A stretch of 64,000 nucleotides of DNA from Calditrichia bacterium (GTDB lineage Bacteria > Calditrichota > Calditrichia > RBG-13-44-9 > J075). A program made the translations under genes and the position numbers. The notes below the pieces were generated by a model that worked only from the letters and a program-made list of their open reading frames with translations, did not search any database and was not told the origin of the DNA. Position 1 is the stretch's first letter, and each line of letters starts with the position of its first letter. The stretch spans positions 283,624 to 347,623 of the forward strand of contig JBOEGD010000007.1 in NCBI GenBank assembly GCA_050633245.1. The letters are read 5' to 3'. Shown here in pieces: positions 29,313 through 39,258 of this stretch.

Positions 29313-30227
29313 TCAATCCGCCTGATTTTCCGGCACATAGGGCGTCTTCCAACGCTTGTGCATCCAAAGGTATTGCGTCGGATATTTTCGCACGTATCTT
29401 TCCAAACTGGCAATAGCTGCCGCGGTAACTGCGGTCAGGTTTTTTTGATTTACCTCACCATCAGTCTCTACAACTATTTCCTCCATGTCCATCAGGTATT
29501 TCATGGGGCCTGTTCTAACGCAGGAGTAGAAATAGATCGGCTTATTGCTGCGCAAATGGAGCAGTGCACTGCCAATGGGAGTAGACGCCATTTTTCCGAA
29601 GAAAGGCACGAAGACGCCCCGTTTTCCACCATCCTGATCACACAACAGCGCCAGCGCATGCCCGCGCTTTAATTCGGCCAAACCCTGACGCATAGCTCCA
29701 CGAGAATAAATTAGGCCGGCACCAAGGCGCTCACGAAAACGCACCATTGCTGCATCGACAAATGGATTACTCTGACGTTGCTGTATAGCATATGGCTCAT
29801 GCCAAAACTGATGTGTTACCCTTGATGTACCCAACTCCCAATTACCGAAATGACCGGTCATCACTACTGCCCCGTTCCCCTTTGCACCAATTTCCTTTAG
29901 CCATGCGGGACGGGTAAGCTCTACAACCGTATCAATTCGGTCGCGCCGCCAGCCCAGAGACTTCACAACTTCCAGTATCATTAAAATAAAATGATGATAC
30001 GAGCCATAGGCTATTTTTTTCTGCTCGTCTACAGACAATTCAGGAAAAGCGACTGACACATTATCAAGCGCAGTTTCCCGACGAAACTTCAGCACGTTAA
30101 ACACCAGCGATGCCAATAGATTCGCAATGCGATTCAATGCAAATTCCGGTATCATTCGAAAGAACCCGATTACAAGCAAAAAACCACTGTATTCAGCTAA
30201 ATATTTAAGACGTTTTGACCAGCTCAA
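29313..30227 (-). CDS. Lipid A late acyltransferase (LpxL/HtrB family)
   Basis: GHFGNWE, LCDQD, VPFFG, PTQYLWMHKRWK. Confidence 0.9.
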   Translation of the reverse strand: MSWSKRLKYLAEYSGFLLVIGFFRMIPEFALNRIANLLASLVFNVLKFRRETALDNVSVAFPELSVDEQKKIAYGSYHHFILMILEVVKSLGWRRDRIDTVVELTRPAWLKEIGAKGNGAVVMTGHFGNWELGTSRVTHQFWHEPYAIQQRQSNPFVDAAMVRFRERLGAGLIYSRGAMRQGLAELKRGHALALLCDQDGGKRGVFVPFFGKMASTPIGSALLHLRSNKPIYFYSCVRTGPMKYLMDMEEIVVETDGEVNQKNLTAVTAAAIASLERYVRKYPTQYLWMHKRWKTPYVPENQAD

Positions 30228-30424
30228 GAAAAACTCTCTCTAAGTTTTTTGCCCTGTTTGAGGGCAGAATTATGCGACAAGACATTAATTTGCCGGAAAA
30301 TGGCTAATTAATCGTGCAAAATCAATTTGCAATTGAATTATTTTATTTGATTTCTCGCCCATGCTTCCTTATTTTTTGTGTCTGTTTGAATATAACACGT
30401 TTTCCTAGAGGAGAAGTTTGCACT

Positions 30425-32236
30425 ATGATGGGACAATTGAGAAACATGACCAAGTGGGTTCTGTATATCCTTATTTTCGCTTTTCTGGCTCTAATGGTCT
30501 TTGAATGGGGTGCTGATGGCTCCATGTTTACCGGCGGTCAGTATGTAGGCGAAATCGAAGGTGAAGACATCGCACTTAAAGATTATCAAGAAGCCGTTCG
30601 TGAAGCGTATAATAACGAGCTCTATCGCACTGGTCAGCAGCCGCAGCAGGAACGCGCCACGGCACTGCGCAATCAGGTTTGGGAACAGCTTGTTCGCTCC
30701 CGCGTGCTTACACCTGTTGTAGAGGAAATGGGTATTGATGTAACCAGCGCAGATATTACGAACTTTATTATTAACAATCCGCCACCTGACTTGCGTCAAA
30801 GTGAGCAGCTGCAAACGAATGGCGTTTTTGATATTGAAAAATATAAGCAGCTGTTAGCCGTTCCGGAAAATCGCTCCAGCCTGGTTATTCAGGAAAATCT
30901 GCTAAGACGTGAACTACCCTTTATTAAGCTCGAAGAGATAATCAGCGCTTCCGCAGTGATCACTGAAGCCGAGATTCGCGATGAATTTATGGCCCAGAGC
31001 ATGAAATCCAAAATCGACTTCATGCTGGTGCCTCTCTCCTCCTTCCGCGATAAGCCGGTTGAAGTAACTGATACCGATATTGCCGGATACTATAACGAGA
31101 ATCGCAAAGAGTACAAGGTTGATGAAAAGCGCAAGTTGAACTACGTCTTCTTTTCCTCCGCCGCAACAAAGGCAGATACCGCTCAGGTATTTAACACAGC
31201 GCGCGGATTAATCCAGCAGGCAAATGAAGGCAAAGATTTTGCCGAACTGGCTCGCCTCTACTCGATCGATACAAGCAACAAAGATAAGGGTGGCGATTTA
31301 GGCTATTTTGATCGTTCTCGTATGGTAAAGCCCTTCTCAGACGCCGCATTTGATGCAGAAGTTGGCAGCATCGTTGGTCCCATCGAAACGCGTTTCGGTA
31401 TCCACATCATTAAGGTTACCGACCGCCGTACAACAGATGGCAAAGAAGAAACGCAGGCTTCACACATTCTGCTGGAAATCGGCCCGAGCACCGATACTAT
31501 TGACCTGGCCAATGGCAAGGCTAATGATTTTCTGGATGCACTGGTAGACAGAGACTTCTCTGTTGCCGCCGATGAAATGGGCTTCGAGATTAAACAAACA
31601 CCAGACTTTACAAACAACAATAATGGGACAATCCCGGGTGTTGGCCGCGCTGGTCAGGGTGCGGTGGCATGGGCCTTCAATGAGCCGATTGGCGAACATT
31701 CCCGCATTTATGAAACCGGCACCGGCTATGCGATTCTGGAAGTGGCAGATATTACACCGGAAGGCGTTCGCCCACTGAAGGATGTAACCGCAACCATCAA
31801 GAACCAACTTGAGGCTATAAATCGCCGCGCAATGACGATGGAATATGCCAAGACCATTGCAGGTCAGATTAATAAGTCGACCGACTTCCTGCAGTTCCGC
31901 GACAATAGCGATTTAACGCTTGTTGCCGATACTACCGGTTGGTTTGCCATGCAGGCATCTGTTCCGAAAGTCGGACGTGCACCAAGCGTAGCCGCAGCAG
32001 CTTTCAATCTGGGCATTGGTGAAGTTTCCGGGCCTTTGGCTACCGATCGCGGCACATTTTTCATTCGCGTTCGTGATCGTCAGGAATTTGACGAAGCAGC
32101 TTATGCTACACAGCGTTCAGCCATCCGCGATCGCCTGACGCAGCAAAAACGTCGTGGCGTTTTCACGTCCTGGTATGAGCAGCTGAAAGATGAAGCGGAT
32201 ATAAAAGACTATCGCTATCGCTTCTTCACTATCTAA
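30425..32236 (+). CDS. Peptidyl-prolyl isomerase with SurA N-terminal domain (PpiD-like)
   Basis: N-terminal TM anchor; parvulin motif FAELARLYS.D...GGDLGYF...MVKPFSDAAF...FGIHII; GAGGAG RBS before ATG 30425. Confidence 0.9.
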   Translation: MMGQLRNMTKWVLYILIFAFLALMVFEWGADGSMFTGGQYVGEIEGEDIALKDYQEAVREAYNNELYRTGQQPQQERATALRNQVWEQLVRSRVLTPVVEEMGIDVTSADITNFIINNPPPDLRQSEQLQTNGVFDIEKYKQLLAVPENRSSLVIQENLLRRELPFIKLEEIISASAVITEAEIRDEFMAQSMKSKIDFMLVPLSSFRDKPVEVTDTDIAGYYNENRKEYKVDEKRKLNYVFFSSAATKADTAQVFNTARGLIQQANEGKDFAELARLYSIDTSNKDKGGDLGYFDRSRMVKPFSDAAFDAEVGSIVGPIETRFGIHIIKVTDRRTTDGKEETQASHILLEIGPSTDTIDLANGKANDFLDALVDRDFSVAADEMGFEIKQTPDFTNNNNGTIPGVGRAGQGAVAWAFNEPIGEHSRIYETGTGYAILEVADITPEGVRPLKDVTATIKNQLEAINRRAMTMEYAKTIAGQINKSTDFLQFRDNSDLTLVADTTGWFAMQASVPKVGRAPSVAAAAFNLGIGEVSGPLATDRGTFFIRVRDRQEFDEAAYATQRSAIRDRLTQQKRRGVFTSWYEQLKDEADIKDYRYRFFTI

Positions 32237-32262
32237 AAAAATTTTCACCTAATGTATTCATG

Positions 32263-32300
32263 GAGCGCTCACATTTTAATTTGAGCGCTCTTTCTATTTT
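32263..32300 (+). terminator. Putative intrinsic terminator after the ppiD-like gene
   Basis: GAGCGCTCA-N11-TGAGCGCTC followed by TTTCTATTTT. Confidence 0.6.
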
Positions 32301-32334
32301 GATTCTAAAAATTGACCGATATCAGGAGAATCTC

Positions 32335-33579
32335 ATGTCTATCATCAAACCTTTTCGTGCTCTCAGACCATCCCGACAACATGCTGAAGCTGTTGCTTCA
32401 CCGCCATACGATGTACTAAACAGCGCCGAGGCAAGAGCACGCGTTGCCGGTAATCCGCAGAGCTTTTTATATGTAAACAAGCCTGAGATTAGTTTACCAG
32501 AGGATGTTGACCTATACAGCCAGCAGGTGTATAAACAGGCTGGTATTAATCTGCAAAAGCTTCGCGATGAGCGCGCTCTGCTACAGGACTCCGAGCCATG
32601 CCTGTACGTTTATAAGCAAATTATGGGTAAGCACGAACAAGTAGGTATTGTGGCAGCAGCATCCGTTGAAGAATACGAGAACGGCCTTATTAAAAAGCAT
32701 GAGTTCACTCGCCCGGTTAAAGAAGACGACCGCGTAAACCACATGGTCAGCTTAAATGCACAGGTCGGCCCGGTATTCCTTACGTATAAGGCGCAAGACA
32801 CTATTGATGATCTGGTAAATGAAGTAATGCAACAGGAGCCGGAATACGATTTTAACAGTGACGATATCCAGCATACATTTTGGGTGGTATCCTCCGACGA
32901 AGTTTCCCGACAGCTGGTTGAGGCATTCGCACGTGTCGATGCACTTTACGTAGCTGACGGGCATCATCGTTCTGCGGCAGCCATGCGCGTAAAGCAAATG
33001 CGCCAGAAAGACAACCCGGGACATACCGGAGAAGAGTCTTATAACTTCTTCCTGACGGTTATCTTCCCGGATAATCAAATGCAGATCCTCGATTACAATC
33101 GTCTGGTGCAGGATTTGAATGGACACGGCAAAGAAGAATTTCTGGCAGCGATAGAGCAGAATTTCAGCATTGCTGAAGTTGCTGATAAAGATGTTGCTAA
33201 ACCAACAGCCGGAAGAAAGTTTGGAATGTATTTAGATGGACAGTGGTATAGTCTGACCGCTAGGGAAGGAACATTCGATCCGAATGATCCGGTTGAGCGC
33301 CTTGATGTTAGCATTCTGCAAAAGAATCTGCTCACTCCCCTACTTGGCATTAACAATCCTCGTAAAGATAAGCGTATCGACTTCGTAGGAGGAATTCGTG
33401 GACTTGGCGAGCTGGAACGACGCACGGCAGATGGAAGCTGGAAGGTTGCGTTTGCTCTGTTTCCCACATCCATTGAAGATCTGATGGCAATTGCAGATGC
33501 CGGTGAAGTAATGCCGCCAAAAAGCACCTGGTTCGAGCCAAAACTGAAAAGTGGATTGGTAAGCCACTTACTGGATTAG
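32335..33579 (+). CDS. DUF1015 family protein
   Basis: IKPFRALRP, PPYDV, IKKHEFT, YVADGHHR, MPPKSTWFEPKL; AGGAG RBS. Confidence 0.92.
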   Translation: MSIIKPFRALRPSRQHAEAVASPPYDVLNSAEARARVAGNPQSFLYVNKPEISLPEDVDLYSQQVYKQAGINLQKLRDERALLQDSEPCLYVYKQIMGKHEQVGIVAAASVEEYENGLIKKHEFTRPVKEDDRVNHMVSLNAQVGPVFLTYKAQDTIDDLVNEVMQQEPEYDFNSDDIQHTFWVVSSDEVSRQLVEAFARVDALYVADGHHRSAAAMRVKQMRQKDNPGHTGEESYNFFLTVIFPDNQMQILDYNRLVQDLNGHGKEEFLAAIEQNFSIAEVADKDVAKPTAGRKFGMYLDGQWYSLTAREGTFDPNDPVERLDVSILQKNLLTPLLGINNPRKDKRIDFVGGIRGLGELERRTADGSWKVAFALFPTSIEDLMAIADAGEVMPPKSTWFEPKLKSGLVSHLLD

Positions 33580-33583
33580 AAGG

Positions 33584-33669
33584 CAGGTGTAAGGGGTCAG
33601 GTAGCAGATCGCTCACTGCGTTGGCTGCAAGGAGGCAAACATTTGATCGTTGCTGACCCCTAACACCTG
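33584..33669. repeat. Long inverted repeat between convergent genes
   Basis: CAGGTGTAAGGGGTCAG ... CTGACCCCTAACACCTG (16 of 17 pairs), extended inward by TAGC/GTTG and GATC/GATC. Confidence 0.7.
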
Positions 33670-33672
33670 TAG

Positions 33673-34767
33673 TTAGAGTAGTTCTTTTATTCGCGGGATA
33701 CAGCTTCGCATGGCGTTGCGGATTTCTTTTGAGCGTGCCTTGCGGCTCCCTAATACGGTAAGATAGGCTTCTTCTCCGGGAATCTGGCAGCTGATAAAGA
33801 TTCCTTTTTCCAGTCGAAATTCCCAGAATTCCGGATTTCCGCCATTTAGAAAAGCAAGATTTTTTTCGAGGTCTTTTATGCAGTCTGCCATTTGATTCCC
33901 CAGACTGCTTATAGCGTCTGGCTGCTCAGATAGTGTTCCGCGATACAGAAGCATAAATCCTTCCTTATTATGCAAAAAACCGTGTTCAACACCGGCAGAT
34001 TTCATTAGCGGATCCAGCTGCGCACGCAGTTTGTTCTGTCTGATAATTTTGGCATTTTTGGCTTCAACCTTTGCAAGATCAGACGCCTCATCAACGCGGC
34101 GCATACTTTCGAGCAGGAGGCTTTGCCAGCCACGGGAAATGGTTTCACGAAATGCGGTTTGATTGCGCACCACGGTAAACTCTCCACCCTGCCAGCGCAT
34201 CATGTGATAAAATGCGCTCTCACCCTCGAGGTGACCGGCCTCAGCATGAATGATATTGCCCTCCTGAAAAAAAATCATTCCTTTCTGTTCATCACAGGAC
34301 ACCTTAAGCGCAGATGTAAGTCTGCCCAGGCAGTTAAGCTGAATAATATCGCTCAGTTGAAAATCTGACACACTTCCTTTAAATCCACGCTTATGCGTAA
34401 TGGCGTTTAAAATATGCTGGCGAAGCTCATTTATTTCGAATGGTTTTTCTATGTAATTAAAGCAACCTCTGTTGGCAGCTTCCTGCTGCACATCCCGTGT
34501 TCCGTAGGCCGTCATAATAATCACTTTCGTCAACGGATATTGATCGCGTATTTCGAGCAACAGGTCTAGTCCGGACACCTCGGGCATCCGAACATCTGTA
34601 ATCACCAGATCAACAGGTAGTTGATTTAAAACGTCAACCGCTTCGTTTCCCGAATTGACGCACAGAACCTCAAATTTATCGCTGTCCTTAGACAATTTCT
34701 TAGAGAGAGTCCAAGTAAGGTCTTCCTCATCATCAACGATTAGGACACGTTTTAGTGCGTTTTCCAT
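33673..34767 (-). CDS. Response regulator: REC + DUF4388 + possible Roadblock/LC7-like C-terminus
   Basis: IVDDEE, ITDVRMP, MTAYG, IEKPF; GFKGSVSDFQLSDIIQL...GMIFFQEGNIIHA...LLLESMRRVDE. Confidence 0.85.
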   Translation of the reverse strand: MENALKRVLIVDDEEDLTWTLSKKLSKDSDKFEVLCVNSGNEAVDVLNQLPVDLVITDVRMPEVSGLDLLLEIRDQYPLTKVIIMTAYGTRDVQQEAANRGCFNYIEKPFEINELRQHILNAITHKRGFKGSVSDFQLSDIIQLNCLGRLTSALKVSCDEQKGMIFFQEGNIIHAEAGHLEGESAFYHMMRWQGGEFTVVRNQTAFRETISRGWQSLLLESMRRVDEASDLAKVEAKNAKIIRQNKLRAQLDPLMKSAGVEHGFLHNKEGFMLLYRGTLSEQPDAISSLGNQMADCIKDLEKNLAFLNGGNPEFWEFRLEKGIFISCQIPGEEAYLTVLGSRKARSKEIRNAMRSCIPRIKELL

Positions 34768-35083
34768 ACGTTCCCCTGTTTCTCTCAGAATCGGCGCTTT
34801 GCGTCAATTCTTTATCCTTTCCTTAGGACAATCTGTAACACACTCTGTATTAAAGTGAGACATAAAGCCCACTTATTTTCACAAAGGATATCTTAGAGAT
34901 GAGAACAGATTTATAAGTTGCTTAAAAGCGTTGTTTAAATTGAGGTCGCAATGTGGGGAAATTAGTAGCAGGAAATACTGAACGGCATCACATTTTTGTA
35001 AATAAATGGATTTACATCTTAAAAAAATTGCCCGGAGAACAAATGTCTTCCGGGCAATAAATAATACGATAATTCGAAAGGTC

Positions 35084-36244
35084 TTATAGCATAGCCTGAA
35101 TATCTGCGACCTTATCGGTGCGCTCCCAGGTAAAGTTGTCGTCATTACGACCAAAGTGGCCGTAAGCAGCTGTTTTCAAATAGCGTGGCTTTAGCAAATC
35201 CAGTGACTCCTTAATACCATTGGGACGCAAATCAAAAATATTGCGAACGATTTCAGTAATTCGTGCATCAGAAATCTTCCCGGTACCAAATGTTTCCACC
35301 ATAATTGACACAGGATTAGCATGTCCGATCACATAGGCAACCTGAATTTCCAGGCGGTCTGCTACGCCGGCAGCGACCAGATTCTTGGCTACATAACGAC
35401 CAGCATAAGCGGCAGATCGATCTACTTTAGAAGGGTCTTTACCGGAGAATGCGCCACCACCGTGTCGCCCCATACCGCCATACGTGTCTACAATAATTTT
35501 TCGTCCGGTTAAACCAGAGTCCGATACCGGGCCACCAATATTCCAGATGCCGGTTCCATTGCAGATATAGCTTTCTTCGGAACGCTTGAAAGGAAGATTG
35601 TAGTTGGCGATCAGCGGCGCAACAATCTTATCAAATGTTACATCAGCAATCTCGGCATTCGTTTTTTCGGGATTATGCGGAACAGCAACAACAACTTTTT
35701 CTACAGCTACCGGCTTGCCGTCTTCATAGCGCACCGTTACCTGAGTTTTTCCATCTGGACGGTAAAAAGGAATTTCGCCGTTTAATCTCTTGGTATCAAT
35801 TGCTTCAATCATGCGATGAGCCAGAGTTATCGGCAGCGGCATCAGCTCAGGGGTTTCGTTAGAGGCATAGCCAAACATCATACCCTGATCACCTGCACCT
35901 CCACTGTCAACACCAACAGCAATTTCACTGGACTGTTTGTGAATGCGGTTTATAATTTCGCAGGAGTCATCGTATTCCAGTTCCGGAATTGTATAGCCAA
36001 TGTTGCGAATAGTTTGGCGTGCCAGCTTCTCATAGTCAATGCTACTTCCTTCAGGAATCGACACTTCACCAGCCAGAATCGTCAGATTTTTAGTGACCAT
36101 CGTCTCAATGGCCGCACGATTACCTGATGGATCTCCATCCAGTTGATAAATGGCATCTACCATTGTATCCGAAATATTATCACATAACTTATCGGGATGC
36201 CCCGCGGAAACAGATTCAGATGTAAATAAAAAGCTGTGCTTCAA
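35084..36244 (-). CDS. metK: S-adenosylmethionine synthetase
   Basis: FTSESV.AGHPDK, GAGDQG, GGGAFSGKD, YGHFGR; TTG start at 36244 after GGAGG. Confidence 0.96.
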   Translation of the reverse strand: MKHSFLFTSESVSAGHPDKLCDNISDTMVDAIYQLDGDPSGNRAAIETMVTKNLTILAGEVSIPEGSSIDYEKLARQTIRNIGYTIPELEYDDSCEIINRIHKQSSEIAVGVDSGGAGDQGMMFGYASNETPELMPLPITLAHRMIEAIDTKRLNGEIPFYRPDGKTQVTVRYEDGKPVAVEKVVVAVPHNPEKTNAEIADVTFDKIVAPLIANYNLPFKRSEESYICNGTGIWNIGGPVSDSGLTGRKIIVDTYGGMGRHGGGAFSGKDPSKVDRSAAYAGRYVAKNLVAAGVADRLEIQVAYVIGHANPVSIMVETFGTGKISDARITEIVRNIFDLRPNGIKESLDLLKPRYLKTAAYGHFGRNDDNFTWERTDKVADIQAML

Positions 36245-36372
36245 TTGCCGATCCTCCGTACAAAATATTTTGTTTAAACAGATGTCCAACCAAATGTTAC
36301 GAACTACTCACTTTATCCCTGACATCATTATTTGCATATAGTCGATCAATTTAATATTCCGCAGCTACTGCT

Positions 36373-37341
36373 TCAAGACTTAATATTATTACTCTGGTAT
36401 ATCGAATCGATTGCCTTTGTTGTTTGAAAGGCCTGCTCACCTGAATTTAAACAGGCCCGGCGAAGTGTAAGCTGTTGTCTAAAATGGCGTATCATATTCG
36501 AATGTGGGTGCCCGACAACCGGAAGGGACCAGGCCTTCTCACCTGCATCTGTTACAACAATCAGGTGACCTGAGTTGAGATTCTCAACTTTTATAAAGCC
36601 GTCAGTCCCCTCAATAGAAATGCTGTCGCGATAGTCTGGCTCTGTCCAGAATACACGAGCATTCGCCTGAACGTTCTTTTCAAAGGTAAGGCTTGAAATA
36701 CAGCCATCTTCAACATCTGCTAACGCTTGATGAAATATCTGACCGCTCACAGTAACAATATTTCCAAACCAATACACCAGCAAATCCAGGCGATGGCTGC
36801 CAATATCCATCATTACACCACCACCGCCAATCGCCGGATCGAATCGCCAATGATCTTGATTTTTCAGGTCTCTGGGTGAATAGCAAAGCACATCTGCACG
36901 AAGGGGGATTCCAATTATCTGCTCATCCAGCAATTGCTTTATCTTTTGGACAATGGGAAAAAAACGTCGGTAGTAGGCCACTGCTAATGTCACCTGTTCC
37001 TGCTCGCAAAAGCGTAACATCTCCAGCGCTTCGGCATTACTCATTGCCATCGGTTTTTCACAGAGCACATGTTTTCCGCAACGTGCAGCAGCTAGTGTTA
37101 GCTGATAATGCGAAGAAACGGGGGTGGCAATATACACGGCGTCGATGCGCTCATCTTTTAGAAGAGCGCTGACGCTGCGATAAGATTCCTGTAAATTAAA
37201 TTCACGCGCAAGAGCTTGCGCAGAGGTATGATGTAAAGAGGCGGCACCAAGGACAGTCTCACCACACTCCAGCAAAGCCGGCAGCACCTTGCGGCGAACC
37301 ACATTGCCACTGCCGATAATTCCCCAGTTAAAGGTCGACAT
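36373..37341 (-). CDS. Gfo/Idh/MocA family oxidoreductase
   Basis: WGIIGSG, YIATP, HVLCEKPM, GGGVMMDIGSH. Confidence 0.9.
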   Translation of the reverse strand: MSTFNWGIIGSGNVVRRKVLPALLECGETVLGAASLHHTSAQALAREFNLQESYRSVSALLKDERIDAVYIATPVSSHYQLTLAAARCGKHVLCEKPMAMSNAEALEMLRFCEQEQVTLAVAYYRRFFPIVQKIKQLLDEQIIGIPLRADVLCYSPRDLKNQDHWRFDPAIGGGGVMMDIGSHRLDLLVYWFGNIVTVSGQIFHQALADVEDGCISSLTFEKNVQANARVFWTEPDYRDSISIEGTDGFIKVENLNSGHLIVVTDAGEKAWSLPVVGHPHSNMIRHFRQQLTLRRACLNSGEQAFQTTKAIDSIYQSNNIKS

Positions 37342-37349
37342 CCATCAGC

Positions 37350-37904
37350 CTAGATAGCTGCGATTTCTGCACCAATGCCATTCAGGCGCCAGATTGTCAA
37401 CGGACCGCTTACGCTGCTGGAATCGAAAGCTTCGCCCTTTTCCTCTGCAAGATGAGCTAAGTATTTAACGGCCTTTTCTTCGGTCAACTCAATCTTTTCG
37501 ACAATTCCTTCAACGTTGGCTCGATGTCCCTGCGAGCTAAGTGGGAAGACCATATCGCCGTCCTTTACCTTGAAGCGAATGGTATTACCGGCATCAGCTA
37601 CATCAATCCAGCAGCCACGCATCGGACAGCTATCTGCTACTTTGCCGCTAACGCGAACGCGCTTTCCGGCATACGCTGCAGGGTCAGCAAGAAGCGTCTC
37701 TAAACTCAGGTTTTCTGCCAGTTCCAATGCCGCACCATAGCTACCTGTTGGATCTTCTTTGGCAAGAGCCAACTTTTCTGCAGACGGTGCTTCAACAGGC
37801 GTTGTCATCTCAGCTTCGGCAACTTTACCTTCTCCTGAATTTTCAGAAGTACAGCTCATAAGTAATGCAAAAATCGCGATTGAAAACAATGTAACTCGTA
37901 ACAT
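37350..37904 (-). CDS. DUF4920-like OB-fold lipoprotein
   Basis: Lipobox LLMSC; V.GKV..SCPMRGCW, FKVKDG. Confidence 0.75.
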   Translation of the reverse strand: MLRVTLFSIAIFALLMSCTSENSGEGKVAEAEMTTPVEAPSAEKLALAKEDPTGSYGAALELAENLSLETLLADPAAYAGKRVRVSGKVADSCPMRGCWIDVADAGNTIRFKVKDGDMVFPLSSQGHRANVEGIVEKIELTEEKAVKYLAHLAEEKGEAFDSSSVSGPLTIWRLNGIGAEIAAI

Positions 37905-37944
37905 ATCCTTACCTCACAATGATAGTATTTGATTAGGGTCGATA

Positions 37945-38364
37945 TTAGATTGTCAACGCAGCAACTTCACGGCGGATACGTTGATATATTGCGGCCAATC
38001 CCTGCTGGCGATTCATTCCAAGAATCGGGGCAAGCCCACTATCATGCAGTGGATTTGTCGGTCCGTCAGCAACTTCCTGTGGTGTGGCACCAGACAGGCC
38101 TTTTATTAGCAGAGAGATAAAACCCCGCACGGTCGGCGATTCACGCGGCACATCCGCATGTATATACACTTTGCCATCCTGCAGCTCGGTCCATAGCGAA
38201 ACCGGGGTTAAGCATTCATGTACTTTATGGTTCGATCGATCATCTGCATCCATAAGATGCTGTGGGACCGGGGGCAATTTTCCAGCGAAGTCGAGTAGTA
38301 GTTCCAGTTTGAAATCGCGATCATCCAACATATTGAAACGGCTTAATTCTTCTGACAAACTCAT
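37945..38364 (-). CDS. sufE: SufE-family sulfur-acceptor protein
   Basis: LLDFAGKLP, VHECLTPV (Cys acceptor), ESPTVRG, R..GL.AI. Confidence 0.85.
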   Translation of the reverse strand: MSLSEELSRFNMLDDRDFKLELLLDFAGKLPPVPQHLMDADDRSNHKVHECLTPVSLWTELQDGKVYIHADVPRESPTVRGFISLLIKGLSGATPQEVADGPTNPLHDSGLAPILGMNRQQGLAAIYQRIRREVAALTI

Positions 38365-38378
38365 AGATCCTCAAACAA

Positions 38379-39218
38379 TTATTCAATGGGTGCGCGCACC
38401 AGGTTCCCCCACTCTGTCCACGAACCGTCGTAATTCCGCACATTTTCAAAACCGAGTAAATAGGTCAGTACGAACCAGGTGTGAGACGAACGTTCACCAA
38501 TTCGACAGTAAGTAATTACCTCTTGATCTCTATGCAGTCCCAACTCCACTTCGTAGATCTGGCGCAAATCACCGGAGCTCCGGAACGTTCCGTCATTGTT
38601 AACGGCAGTCGACCACGGCACATTTTTCGCACCGGGAATATGTCCCGCACGAAGGGCACCTTCCTGCGGGTAATCAGGCATATGAAGCATCTCTCCACTA
38701 AATTCCTGCGGAGAACGAACATCGACCATCGGCTTGCGCTTATGCATGTGGTGCAACACTTCATCGCGAAATGCTCTGACTTTTTCTTCCTGCAATTTAT
38801 CGACATGATAGTTTGTTGGAATCGTGCGAATCTTATCTTTGGTAAGCTCTCGGCCTTCATCTACCCACTTTTTTCGTCCACCATCCATAATAAAACAATG
38901 CGCATGGCCATACAATCGAAATGCCCAAAAGGCATAACACGCCCACCAGTTATTTTGATCTCCGTAAAAAACCACTTTCGTGTCGTTGGCAATGCCCTTC
39001 TCAGACATCAGGTCTGCAAAATAACGTTCTGAGATATAATCGCGGGTTCTCGAATCCTGCAGATCATTTGTCCAGTCAATCTTCACAGCATTACGGATAT
39101 GCCCTGTATCATACAACAATATATCTTCATTTGCCTCAACAATACGTAAGTCTTTATCGTTCAAATGTTCGGCAACCCACTCGGTGCTTACCAGAACTTC
39201 CGGATGTGCGTATGGCAT
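38379..39218 (-). CDS. Two-domain rhodanese sulfurtransferase (SseA/CysA type)
   Basis: [17 protein letters not shown], active site [17 protein letters not shown]. Confidence 0.95.
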   Translation of the reverse strand: MPYAHPEVLVSTEWVAEHLNDKDLRIVEANEDILLYDTGHIRNAVKIDWTNDLQDSRTRDYISERYFADLMSEKGIANDTKVVFYGDQNNWWACYAFWAFRLYGHAHCFIMDGGRKKWVDEGRELTKDKIRTIPTNYHVDKLQEEKVRAFRDEVLHHMHKRKPMVDVRSPQEFSGEMLHMPDYPQEGALRAGHIPGAKNVPWSTAVNNDGTFRSSGDLRQIYEVELGLHRDQEVITYCRIGERSSHTWFVLTYLLGFENVRNYDGSWTEWGNLVRAPIE

Positions 39219-39258
39219 AAGGAATTCCTCTTCTGCTTTTAATGCACTTCCCGAGCTA

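Noticed and set aside
36245-36372. SAM riboswitch upstream of metK
   Set aside because: Short AT-rich spacer; I could not find SAM-I core motifs or a terminator.
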